64,000 nt of DNA from Octopus vulgaris (GCA_951406725.2 OX597816.1:60264001-60328000), one strand, 5' to 3'. Positions 41,046 to 53,790 are shown, counted from the stretch's first letter. The notes: a model not told the origin generated them from the letters alone. Program-made: numbers and translations.

Positions 41046-41649
41046 TAAGTATTGGGTTATCCCATAAATAACACAGTTTTTTTTATACCTCTTTTATTTT
41101 TCAAAATTAAGAGAAACAAAGTTCTTTTTTAATCTAAACTATACTCTCCTTTATTTTCTACAATGCTCTTCCATCTGTCTGGTAGACTTGCAAGGCTCTC
41201 TTCCACAATTCACTTATCCATGACAAAAAAATACTCCTCCAGTACTGTTCTCACCTTGTCTACAGAATTCATATTTTTTCCGGCCAAATGATTTTGAAAA
41301 CTGTGGCATAAATGATAATCAGGTGGGGCAATGTCCGGCGAATATGGTGGGTGGGGCATCGTTTCCCATTCAAACTACTCCAGCCTTTGGAATGTCATCC
41401 TCGCTGTATGTGGCCAAGCATTATCCTGATGGAAGAACACCTTTTGTCTTGAAACCAAAAATGGTTGTTTTGTGACATTGCAGGGTAGGTGTGAGATGCT
41501 GGTTCTGGCCAGTTTGAGCATAAAATGTGTAGAATATTTGGGCCGGATATCGCCGGTTTAAACACTAAAGGGTTAAACTCAAACCAAACAATGAAAAAGA
41601 AGATCCACTGCGAGCAACTTGAGCGGCTTAAGTCAGCGCTAGAAGAAAA
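41044..41649. repeat. Templated insertion: inverted copy of 43553-43977 followed by direct copy of 43378-43555
   Basis: About 6 differences over ~600 bp by eye. Includes flank beyond the mariner TIR and part of the nested piggyBac MITE. Confidence 0.9.
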
Positions 41650-42474
41650 CACTTTAGATGAGTTGTAGTGCACCTGAGCACTGTACACAATTATTATTAT
41701 TATTATTATTATTATAGAGTAAGTACTAGGCTTACAAAGAATAAGTCCTGGGGTTGATTTACTCGACTAAAAGCGGTGCTCCAGCATGGCCACAGTCAAA
41801 TGACTGAAACAAGTAAAAGAGTAAAAAAGAGAGAGGAAAGAGTAAAGTAATTTTTGTTGCCACAAAGTTAATGAAAGAATTTTTGTTTCATTTATCTTTT
41901 TATTAAAAAATAAGAAAATTTGGGTGTGGATGTTAAAAAGTATAGGTACTTTTTGGAAAATCATTTAACGGTTCTGCAACAAAATAATTCTGCTAACCAC
42001 AGGAATAAGATATCCTGTTAGAGATATCTTTCCAGAGTGCATTAGTGAAATAAAATAAAGAAAACTAGCAGCTTATCAAGAAACAAAACAAATCTGTGAC
42101 CTTATCTTGCCAAAAGACCTATCTTTACTGCATGGTGCTCATACTTTTGAAAAATGCTTTCTGATAAAGCTTAAAACCAACCCTCTGCTGGGAAAATAAA
42201 CAAGAAAGAAAAATGGACACCCAAAATATTCATTTCATTACATTTGTTTACATGTTGAAAGGTTCTTTACAGAACCTGATGCAAATATTTAAGAAAATAA
42301 ATATTTCTGGTAGAAACAAGTATCAAAGACAAGTTAGCATTGTTAATGAGAAGGAAATTAATAAATTCTTTATTCTGTTACTGGTTGCAGTCATTGGACT
42401 GCAGCCATGCTGAGGCACTACCACCAAGGTTTTTCATTAGTCTTATCAACTTCAGTTCTTATTTTTGTTTATTA

Positions 42475-43970
42475 TTGGGTCATCCGATAAATAATGCTGT
42501 TGTTTCAATTGCATGAACTAAAAGTCAGAGGGGGATGGGATAAACTACCTGCATCAACTTATAATAAAAGCAGGTAGTAATTTTACCTTGTACTTATTCT
42601 TAGTACAAGTTTTGAAGAGTGCAGTTCAATTTTAACAGTTATAATGGAAGTGACAAAGGATCATGTTCGGCATATTTTGTTTTATGAGTTCAATAAAGGC
42701 AACAGTGCAATGGGAAGTGCAAGGAATATTAATGCAGTATATGGGAATCAGACAATAAGCATAAGCCAGTGTCAATGATGGTTTCAGAAATTCCAAGCTG
42801 GAAACCACAGCCTAGAAGATGAGCCTCATCCTGGAAGATCTGTAGAGCTTGAGGAAGATGTCCTGCAAACCCTGGTGGGACAAAATCCCATTGTAATTGT
42901 TGAGGAACTAACAGAGAAGCTTAGATTTGGTCATTCAACCATTCATCAACACCTGCATGCCATCAGAAAAGTCAGCAAATTGGGTTAATGGGTTCCTCAC
43001 AAACTTTCCAAGTCTTATTGCACTGAGAGAGTGAATGCATTTTCCTCTTTGCTGCCACATCTCATGAATGAATCTTTTTTGGACTGAATAGTGACTGCTG
43101 ACAAGAAATGGGTCCTCTATAAGAATGTCAAGCACCAAAACAGTGGGCAGAGAAACGAGAAACACTGGCACCCCAGGCTAAAGAAGGTCTTCACCCATAT
43201 AAAGTGTTGTTATCTGTTTGGTGGAATATGAAAGGTTTATTTCACTGTGAACTTTTAACCCTTTAGCGTTCATATTAATTTGTCAAAAGTAATCCTTATT
43301 TATTCACATTTAAAAAAATTTATCTGATATTATTTTGTACCTTCAAGATAGGAAAGATGTAATTGCTTATTTTTAGAGTGACATTGCAGGGTAGGTGTGA
43401 GATGCTGGTTCTGGCCAGTTTGAGCATAAAATGTGTAGAATATTTGGGCCGGATATCGCCGGTTTAAACACTAAAGGGTTAAACTCAAACCAAACAATGA
43501 AAAAGAAGATCCACTGCGAGCAACTTGAACGGCTTAAGTCAGCGCTAGAAGAAAAACAACCATTTTTGGTTTCAAGACAAAAGGTGTTCTTCCATCAGGA
43601 TAATCCTTGGCCACATACAGCGAGGATGACATTCGAAAGGCTGGAGTAGTTTGAATGGGAAACGATGCCCCACCCACCATATTCGCCGGACATTGCCCCA
43701 CCTGATTATCATTTATGCCACAGTTTTCAAAATCATTTGGCCGGAAAAAATATGAATTCTGTAGACAAGGTGAGAACAGTACTGGAGGAGTATTTTTTTG
43801 TCATGGATAAGTGAATTGTGGAAGAGAGCCTTGCAAGTCTACCAGACAGATGGAAGAGCATTGTAGAAAATAAAGGAGAGTATAGTTTAGATTAAAAAAG
43901 AATTTTGTTTCTCTTAATTTTGAAAAATAAAAGAGGTATAAAAAACTGCGTTATTTATGGGATAACCCAA
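42475..43970 (+). mobile_element. Full-length, inactivated mariner (DD34D) transposon
   Basis: TIRs ttgggtcatccgataaataa / ttatttatgggataacccaa with TA TSD. Transposase relic from 42644: MEVTKDHVRHILFYEF...WVPHKL...IVTADKKW...HQDNPWPH...HPPYSPDIAPPDYHL, with stops and frameshifts. Confidence 0.92.
43259..43478. mobile_element. piggyBac-type MITE nested in the mariner
   Basis: TTAA|ccctttagcgtt ... aacactaaaggg|TTAA; interrupts the transposase. Confidence 0.85.
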
Positions 43971-44024
43971 TACTTATGACGGTCTTAGAGCAAATCACTT
44001 GCCTGGAAAGTACATCTCCAAAAT

Positions 44025-44411
44025 ACTTTTTTACTCTTTTACTTGTTTCAGTCATTTGACTATCGCCATGCTGGAGCACCGCCTTTAGTCAATTGAGCAA
44101 GTCGACCCTAGGACTTATTCTTTATAAGCTGAGTACTTATTCTATTGGTCTCTTTTGCCGAACTGCTAAGTTACGGGGACGTAAACACATCAGCATTGGG
44201 GGATAAACACAGATATAAACATACACACATACATATATACATATATTCGACGACCTTCTTTCAGTTTCCGTCTACCAAATCCACTCACAAGGCTTTGGTC
44301 GGTCCGAGGCTATAGTAGAAGACACTTTCCCAAGGTGCCACGCGGTGGGACTGAACCCAGAACCATGCAGTTCATAAGCATGCTACTTACCACACAGTCA
44401 CTCCTATGCCT
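44025..44411 (-). mobile_element. SINE family A
   Basis: Matches family A on the minus strand. Confidence 0.85.
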
Positions 44412-44918
44412 GTTTGTTGATGTTTATTTATGAAATGATTAAGTTACCTTTTAATCAGTGAAGTTATGTCGTCAATCACATAAACACAGACACATACATG
44501 TGACATCATTATTATCCTCATTATCATTTAAGATTCACTTTTCCACATAGTTTAAGGTTCAACCTTACTGTGTGGTATCTTAGGCAAGTGTCTTCAACTG
44601 TAGCCTCAGATTGACCAAAGACTTGAGAGTGGATTTGGTAAATAGAAACCAACAGAGACCCATTGTGTGTGTGTGTGGGGGGGGGATATTGTGTGACAGT
44701 TGTAGGTTTATGTACACATGCACACACATATAAAATATGTAATACGCACTAAGCCAAATGTTGATCTTTTGATATTTTGAATGCATTTAATACATGTTCT
44801 TACATAATTACTTGAAACAGACGTATTAACTGCATTCAAAATATCAAAATATCAACATTCGATTTTGTTTTTATTACATGTTACACGATTCTTCCATAAC
44901 TAACTAGCTTGTTCTTGC

Positions 44919-45137
44919 TTACTCATTTACTTGTTTCAGTCATTTGACTATGGCCATGCTGGAGCACTGCCTTTAGTCGAGCAAATCGACCCCGGGTCAA
45001 TTCATTGTAAGCCTAGTACTTATTCTATCGGTCTCTTTTGCTGAACCGCTAATTTACGGAGACGTAAACAACCCAGCATCAGTTGTCAAACGATGTTGGG
45101 GGGACAAACACAGACACACAAACATATATACGCACAA

Positions 45138-45193
<56 letters not shown>

Positions 45194-45360
45194 ACGACGG
45201 GCTTTTTTCAGTTTCTGTCTACCAAATTCACTCACAAGGCTTTGGTCGGTCCGAGGCTATAGTAGAAGACACTTGCCCAATGTGCCATGCAGTGGGACTG
45301 AACCTGGAACCATGTGGTTCGTAAGCAAGCTACTTACCACACAGCCACTCATACGCCTAT
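44919..45360 (-). mobile_element. SINE family A
   Basis: Matches family A on the minus strand. Confidence 0.85.
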
Positions 45361-45699
45361 AACATTTTGGTCAAGTCTATCACATCAAAGCATACCCTTC
45401 AATATATACATATATATTTTGAGGGATATGATTTGATGTGGTCTACAGTAGTAATTGTGTGGACAAGCAGATGGATGACTGTTACTTTTGTGTTTAGATC
45501 TCAATCATAATCTGCTTCCTACAGTGAGTAGTAGCTTTACTAAAGGATGAACACAAGTTTATATTATAGTTCCTATATGCATCTCCATATTATCACTGTT
45601 ACAGTTGTTTGGAGTTCAATAATAAGTGTTCCAAGAGATCAACCACAACAGAACATCAGAGAACGCATTATTGCATTAGCATTAAGTTACAGATAAACT

Positions 45700-45918
45700 A
45701 TATATATAAAGTTAATCCAAACATGAAAACACAGAGAGAAAACACAACAAGCCGAGAGGACGTGGAACAAGTATAGTGTTATTGGACGTTTAGGAAAGGA
45801 AAGAAAGGAGGATTTAACATTTCGAGCAGAGCTCTTTGTCAGAAACGTAGGGAAAGGAAAGGTCCAAGGAAGGGAAGACGGAGGAAAAAAAAATCGCCAA
45901 CAATACACACGCAGTCAT
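45700..45918 (-). mobile_element. Probable Penelope-like pseudo-LTR fragment with a decayed hammerhead at 45812-45846
   Basis: Minus strand GTTT-CTGACAA-A-GAGC tct GCTC-GAAA-TG-TT-AAAT. CpG-rich segment flanked by TA repeats. Confidence 0.55.
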
Positions 45919-45957
45919 ATATATGTATGTATGTGTGTGTGTGTGCATTTGTAACAA

Positions 45958-46278
45958 ATGGTTCAGTAGTTACAGCATTGGGCTCACAATCATAAGGTAG
46001 TGAGTTTGATTCCCAGGCTGGGCTGTGCATTGTGTTCTTGAGCAAAACACTTTATTTCCTGCTGCGCCAGTTCACTCAGCCGTAAAAGCGAGTAGCAACA
46101 TCACTGATGCCAAGCCTTTGCCATTCCCTTAAATAGCATCAGTGTCATGGAGAGGAGAGGCCAGTATGCATGGGTGACTGCTGGTCTTCCATAAACAACC
46201 TTGCCTGGACTTGTGCCTCAGAGGGTAACTTTCTAGGTGCAATCCCATGGTCATTCATGGTCATTCTTTACCCTTTGT
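45958..46278 (+). mobile_element. tRNA-derived SINE family D, diverged
   Basis: Colinear with 6036-6374. Confidence 0.75.
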
Positions 46279-48641
46279 ACATCATACGTGTATATGTGTG
46301 TGTGTGTGTATTTGTATGTATATGTATGTATATCACTATATATGTTTATGTCTACCAGTGAAATTTGGTGTTGTATTTCTTTGTAAGGCTGAAATAAGAA
46401 CTGGAATTGATACAATCAACAAAAACCTTTGACTGTGGTGCCCCAGCATGGTCGCAGTCCAGTGACTGAAGCCAGTAAAGTATTAAAAGATAATTCCGAA
46501 AACCAAAATGTTCCCATTGAGAATTCTGATTAAATGCTGTGTTTTGGTTTCTTGTGAATGATTTAAATATGAACTGATTTCAGAATGAATCGATAGTATA
46601 TATATATATATGTATGTTTGTGTGTGTGTGTTTGTGTGTGTATGTGCATGTGTGTCTATGAGTGTGTTTAGATGTGTGTGTGTGTGTGTTTGGATGTTTG
46701 ATAGCCATGTGCATACGGTGGTGGTGGTAATAGCAATGAGAGACTTAAGAACAGAATGATTTAGGAATGACAAATAAATAGTGTGTGTGTGTTTGTGTTG
46801 ACAAAACGTGTGTATGTGTGTTGATAAATGAGAAATAACACATCACTAAATTTCCTTGGATTTTATTGATTTATCATGTTTGCATGGCTGTGAGGCTAAG
46901 ATATTCAATTCTCAATCTCGTGGTTTTGCGTTCAGTCTCGCTGCATGGCACTCGAAGCTTTGTGTATGGATTAGCTACAGCGGTACTGAAAGAAACCCAA
47001 TGTGTGTATGTGTATACACACACACACACATACACACACATACACACACACACGCACACACATGCATGTCAGCGTGTCAGCATATGTGTCTCTTTATTCT
47101 GATACCATTTGATAGTCGTAAATCATTGTCTCCATCATACAAGCTCTGGTGTTCATTTCTAATCTTATTTGCCAGTATTTTCCAGCCACTGGAAAATTAC
47201 ACCTTACTTTTAGAAACAGACAAGGTTTGGTGACAGGAAGGACATCTGGTCTTAGAAAATCTGCCTCCACACAATCCTTCTAACCTATGCAAGCATGGAA
47301 AAGTGGCTGCTAAAATAATGAAGATGTTGGTAATGGTTTGTGTGTGGGAGTATAAATGGAAGAATATGATATGAATTATATTATGCTCAGACTTATAAAA
47401 TAGAATTTAAAAACAAGAGTAATGAAATACTGAAGAAATACAAGAAGGTTTTTAACATTTATCTGAAGCTGAGAAAAAAACCTCTTTTATTCCTTTACTG
47501 ATTTCAGTCACAGAAATTGAGGGCATGCTGGGGCACCACCTTCAAGGATTTAGACAGGTGTATTGACCCCAACCCAACCCAGTACTTACTACAATTTGGT
47601 GCTTATTTTAGCAGTCTCTCTTTATTGAATTGCTAAGTTATGCAACTTGATATACACCATTTACACACACACAGAGCATACTAGCAGAGTTCCTAGTGTT
47701 GGCTAATAAGAATCTATGGTATTTCTTCTAGCTCAACACAGATTTCAAATTCCGTCATGTCTAACTTTGTACTATCATGGAGGTCAGCATGTGTGTGCGT
47801 GTCTACATGTTATTGTACCCAACATTTTTGTTTTCCTGTTCTGTCAAGAGATTTCTAGTTTGTCATTCATTTATAACAAAATATGAAAAACATTCACCAT
47901 TAGATTCTAGAATATGATTATGGAACAAGGAGTAAGGAACGAATGCTAGTATAAAGAAGTACATGAAAGTCACATCATCAATGAGGTCACAGGATGAGAT
48001 GAAAAAACTTTGACAAACTAATCAGTCAATTTGTGAACTACAACCAATGCATGTGTTTTAATTGGCTATGTGACCCTCTCAACATTCAACAAAATCAGTT
48101 TTTGGGTTTCAAAATATGGTACAGAGTCAGCAATTTCGGGGGGGGGGGGGTAAGTCGATTACATTGACCCCAGTAACTAACTGGTACTTATTTTATCAAC
48201 CCCAAATGGATGAAAGGCAAAGCTGACCTTAGCAGCATTTGAACTCAGACTGTAAAGACAAATGAAATACCATTAAGCATTTACCCAGTGCACTAATGAC
48301 TCTGTAAGCTGTTTCAAATTTGAACATGATGAACTTTCATTGAGTACAGTTGCTCATTTGTTGGCTCATAGTGCTAAGAGTTGGATATCTTCTCTCTTTT
48401 ACTTGTTTCAGTCATTGGACTGCAGCCATGCTGGAGCACTGTCTTGAAGGATTTAGTTAAACAAATTATCCAAAGTACTTTTTTTTTTGTTTAAAGTTTG
48501 ATACTTATTCTACTGGTCTCTTTTGCCAAACTGCTGAGTTACAGGATGTGAACAACTAACACCAGTTACTAAGCTGTGAAGTATGTGTGTGTGTGTGTGG
48601 AGGGGCAGACAAACACAAAGATGCACACACACACACATACG

Positions 48642-49058
48642 AAGGAGTGGCTATGTGGTAAGTAGCTTGCTTACCAACCACATGGTTCCAGGTTCAGTCC
48701 CACTGCGTGGCACCTTGGGCAAGTGTCTTCTACTATAGCCTCGCGCTGACCAAAGCCTTGTGAGTGGATTTGGTAAACGGAAGCTGAAAGAAGTCCATCG
48801 TATATGTGTGTGTGTGTATGTATGTATGTGTGTGTGTATATGTTTGTGTGTCTGTTTGTCCCCCCAGCATCTCTTGATAACTGATGCTGGTGTGTTTACA
48901 TCCCCATAACTTAGTGGTTCAGCAAAAGAGACCGATAGAATAAGTCCTGGGCTTACAAAGAATAAGTCCTGGGGTCTATTTGCTCAATCGACTAAAGGCA
49001 GTGCTCCAGCATGGCCACAGTCAAATGACTGAAATAAGTAAAAGAGTAAAGAGTAAAA
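48642..49058 (+). mobile_element. SINE family A nested antisense in an older A-like SINE (48393-48640 and ~49070-49230, minus)
   Basis: The two host halves flank it at the host microsatellite. Confidence 0.8.
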
Positions 49059-49835
49059 GGAGCACACACACACACGACATGCCTCTGCACAGTTTCCATC
49101 GATCAATTTCATTCAAAGGCAGTGGATGGCCTAGAGCTATAGAAAAAGGCACTTGCTCAAGGTGTCACACTGTGATATTGAACCCAAAACTATATGGTTG
49201 CAAAGTAAACTTCTTAACTACACAGCCAGAGTGAAAAGAAATTTAAATGAACCAAATATATCTTCGACAGTCTAGATACTCACCATGGCTGCTATTTTCA
49301 GGCTGTAAGTATCTGTACAAGAAAACTTCATTATTGCACAAGTTGCTGATATTTCTAGCAAGAATACTAATAACCACAGTTTTCTGGCAAGTTCATAGAT
49401 GAAGTTTTTACTGAGCAATATTTTTTATTTAGATGTTATTTAGCAAGTATATTTATCTAGCAAATGAGTGAGAATGTTGATGTAAAGCACGAAGTATACT
49501 GTTTAAGTTCTTTGGTATTTTCCATATTTTTACTTTACTTTGAATGATGGAGTCTTGAGAAGATCTTGGGAAGCTTTTTATGTTTGAAGGCTACATTGAG
49601 GTTTACTACAATTTGACTAAGCTGCATCACAGACTGAATAGTTTTGCTAAAGCTATTATTTTATCAAATATAATTATTCGTAAATTCTTGACCAATGTGC
49701 AGAAAAGAAAGGGCTTCAGAATGAGAAACCACCAGCCCAACCCTAACTGCAACTTTTATTTTTTCTGATCATCATTTGGGATTTCTGTTATTAAACAAAA
49801 TTATAACTACTTTAAATGTAATTACAAGTAATTAC

Positions 49836-50264
49836 ATAGGCGTAGGAGCGGCTGTGTGGTAAGTAGCTTGCTTACAAACCACACAGTTCCGGGTTCAGTC
49901 CCACTGCGTGACACCTTGAGCAAGTGTCTTCTACTATAGCCTCGGGCTGACCAAAGCATTGTGAGTGGATTTGGCAGATGGAAAGGGAAAGAAGCCCATC
50001 GTATATATATATATATATATATACATATATATGTATGTGTGTGTGTATGTGTTTGCATGTTTGTCCCCCCCAACATCACTTGACAACCGATGCTGGTGTG
50101 TTTAGGTCCCTGTAACTTAGCGGTTTGGCAAAAGAGACCAATAGAATAAGTACTAGGCCTGGGGTCGATTTGCTCAACTAAAAACCTAGGGTTGATTTGC
50201 TCGACTAAAAAGGCGGTGCTCCAACATGGCCACAGTCAAATGACTGAAACAATTAAAAGAGTAA
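49836..50264 (+). mobile_element. SINE family A, full-length
   Basis: Matches family A; ~26-bp internal tandem duplication at about 50160-50210. Confidence 0.85.
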
Positions 50265-50989
50265 GTCTAAATAAAGAAACATAAATATGCCTCAAAGTTT
50301 TGCAATTAGTTGAAAAAATAGGTTTTAAATATAATTAATACAACAAAAATATATTCCAGGATAATGATTTTCTCTCAGACATACAGAAAGGTGCAAGTAC
50401 TCCATCATCGGACTAGTAGAGGACAAGTTTTCAATTATTATCACAACTTGTGGTGCAAGTTAAGATTTTGAATGACCAAGTTCCATATTTCAGTTTAATC
50501 AGGGTGTTAAAGAAACAAATTATCATTTAATTCCAGACAAGTCCAGATTAAACAGATCTGCAATCAAAGTATTGCTGTCTAGCCTTGACCAAATTTCTTT
50601 CAAATTACATTACCATCTTGAAAAGAGAGGGAAACATTGAGTAAAGTAGCCCTACCTTAGGGAAGTGTCTTTTACTATATCCCCCAGGCCAGTGAATTTG
50701 GTTGATAAAAATTGAAAGAAACCCCGTGTGTATATATATATTATATGTGTGTTGGGGGTGGATGTGCATGCACGTGCATGTTTGTGTTTGTCCCCTACTA
50801 CTGCTTGACAACCCATGTTGGTTTACTTACATCCCTGTAACTTAGCAGTTCTGCATAGAAGGTTGATAGAACAAGTGCCAGGCTTAAAGAAAAATAATTA
50901 CTGGGGGCAATCTGTTTGACTAAAACCCCTCAAGGCTGTACCCCAGGATGGCTGCAGTCTAATAACAAAAAGTAAGCAATAAAAGATAT

Positions 50990-51034
<45 letters not shown>

Positions 51035-51112
51035 AATTGAGATAGGGGTTGTAAATGCAACCCACCATGGGATAACATATATCCAATATACTGCTAGTGA
51101 GACACCCAACAA

Positions 51113-52286
51113 AGATAATACTCAATCACATACTTTATTAAACCACTACATAAGAATCTATAAGGTTAAACATAATAATGCAGGGTAAAACATTGTACAT
51201 GAAGGAGTGTACATAAAATAGTAATGTTATACAATAAGAAAAATACGTATAATCTCTCTATATATAAATGGCAGTTTGTCTGTCTGTGTGTCTGTCAGGT
51301 TGTACCCTCACCCTGACCACGGCTTTCAACCGATTCTGATGAAACTTGACACACACATAGCCCAATGTCATAATTCAAAACTAACGCAGCGAAAATTTTG
51401 AAAAGTCCCCCCAGTTCTGAAAAATCGATAAATTTGACATGGGTCGAGAATCTAAGCTTTTTATATGCAACACATTTTCTACAGACTGTCTAGGGGATGC
51501 AACTCGACCTTTTTAACTCTCGGAATACGTGGGGTAAGTATCCCAAAATGTATAACAATGTACAAAAATGGCAAAAAAGTGGGCAGCAATGTGAGTGACA
51601 ACAACGAAAAAGTCAAAAGTGACCAAACTGAACAAACGAATGGAAAAGGTTTTTTGGTGCACACGACAAAAGCGGTTTATAATAAACCAAGAGTTTGCAA
51701 GTAGCGTCCGAGTACCCTTAGGGTACATCAAAAATTTAAGGTAAAATGTTTGGAGTGGTAGTTATAAAGAAAGTGTAAACAAAAAAAGTATTCGAATAAC
51801 TTGCGGCTGCAGCAGCTATTAGCAGAAGTGGCGGTGTTGGGGGTAAAGTCTCGAATGTAATTTCTTCCTGGTAGGAATTGGTTGGGTTGAATTATCGATA
51901 GCTGTTTGATAGTTATTTGGGAGTGAAGAGAAGACATTGCAACCTACACATGCGCCTTCGTTCCCTAGAGGGAAAGGACTAGATTGGGATTAGTCATTGC
52001 CTACTAGGGGCTCTTACATACCCGGGCAACGCCGGGCTATGCTGCTAGTAGAACATAAATATAAGTACACATAAGGTTAAACATATAAGTACACATAAGG
52101 TTAAACATAATAATGCAGGGTTATGTGTACTTATATTTATGTTCTATTATACGTATTCTTCTTATTGTATAACATTACTATTTTATGTACACTCCTTCAT
52201 GTACAATGTTTTACCCTGCATTATTATGTTTAACCTTATAGATTCTTATGTAGTGGTTTAATAAAGTATGTGATTGAGTATTATCT
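51113..52286. repeat. Fold-back inverted duplication with 166-bp arms; left arm interrupted by a Helitron
   Basis: Left arm 51113-51252 plus 52049-52074 is the reverse complement of 52121-52286, with one mismatch seen. Confidence 0.9.
51253..52048 (+). mobile_element. Non-autonomous Helitron, 796 bp
   Basis: A|TC start; hairpin cccgggcaacgccggg then CTAG|T end. The empty site is preserved in the inverted arm and shows A|T insertion without TSD. Confidence 0.9.
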
Positions 52287-52357
52287 GGTAATTGATATTT
52301 GATTTCGATGTATTTCTCCATTTTCTTATTTATATTATATATATATATATATATATC

Positions 52358-52394
<37 letters not shown>

Positions 52395-52562
52395 TATCAG
52401 GGAGTATAACTTATTATATATTGTTTATTCATTTTTGTACTTTTTGTGATCTAGTAATATGTTTTAAAATATATTTTATTTTTTATTCATGATTTTGTTT
52501 ATGTCTATCATTGTTTGAATTGCATAATAGTGGTTTTTCTCTAATTTATATATATACATGTA

Positions 52563-53417
52563 TTGTATCATTCCATAAATAATGTTGTTCTTTTCAATTG
52601 CATGAACTAAAAGTCAGATGGGGTCAGGATAAACTACCAAGTGCAAATTTTGAAGAGTGCAGTTGGATTTTCACAGCTTTTTTGTCAAAGCTATAGCGGA
52701 AGTGTTAAAGGAGAATATTCAGCATATTTTGCTTTATGAGTTCAATAAAGGCAACAATGCAATGGAAAGTGCAAGGAATATTAATGCAGTATATGGGGAT
52801 TGGACAATAAGAGTAAGCCAATGTCAACGGTGGTTCCAGAAATTCTGAGCCAGAAATTACAGTCTAGAAGACAAGCTACATCCTGGAAGATCTATAGAGC
52901 TTGGTGAGGACGTCCTGCAAACCTTGGTGGAACAAAATCCTATCGTAACTGTTGAGGAACTAGCAGCGAAGCTTGAATTTGGTCATTCAAGTCAGCACTA
53001 GAAGAAAAACAGCCATCATTGGTTTCAAGACAGTGTTCTTCCATCCGGATAATGCTCGGCTACTTACAGCAAGGATGACATTCCAAAGGCTGGGGCAGTT
53101 TGAATGGGAAACAATGCCCCACCCACCTTATTTGCCAGACATTGCTTCATCTGATTATTATTTATTCTACAGTCTTCAAAATCATTTGGACAGAGAAAAT
53201 ATGAATTCTGTAGACGAGGTTAGAATAGTACTGGAGGGGTATTTTTCATAATGGACAAGCAAATTGTGGAAGAGGGGCCTTGCAAATCTATCAGATAGAT
53301 GGAAGAGTATTGTAGAAACTGAAAAAGAATATATTTTAGATTAAAAAAGAACTTTGTTTATCTTAATTTTGAAAAGTAAAAAAAGTATTAAAAAAAACAC
53401 TTTATTTATGGGATGAC

Positions 53418-53421
<4 letters not shown>
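52563..53421 (+). mobile_element. Internally deleted mariner, same family as 42475-43970
   Basis: Same TIRs and TA flanks. N-terminal QHILLYEFNKGN, then a deletion at 'ggtcattcaa|gtcagc', then HPDNARL...HPPYLPDIASSDYYL. Confidence 0.88.
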
Positions 53422-53489
<68 letters not shown>

Positions 53490-53511
53490 TATATATATAT
53501 GTATATATATA

Positions 53512-53587
<76 letters not shown>

Positions 53588-53632
53588 ATGTGTGTGTGTA
53601 TATATATATATATATGTATATATATATGTGTG

Positions 53633-53669
<37 letters not shown>

Positions 53670-53733
53670 GTGTGTGTGTATATATATATATATATGTATG
53701 TATGTGTGTGTGTGTGTATATATATGTGTGTTT

Positions 53734-53790
<57 letters not shown>

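Larger units (their letters stand above)
38494..41712 (+). mobile_element. Young 5'-truncated CR1-group LINE with (TTA)n tail
   Basis: Open EN-RT frame; terminal stem-loop 'tagtgcacctgagcactg' and (TTA)n at about 41650-41712. The 3' UTR is interrupted by a templated insertion. Confidence 0.9.
38200..41847 (+). mobile_element. SINE family A split by a LINE insertion (halves 38200-38493 and 41713-41847)
   Basis: 'gcaaaagagacctata' resumes as 'tatagagtaagtactagg'; possible TATA TSD. Confidence 0.85.

Noticed and set aside
41044-41471. Independent second mariner insertion
   Set aside because: It has one TIR only, includes donor flank beyond the TA, and is fused to a locus-specific MITE junction. 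It is a copy of the neighbouring locus.
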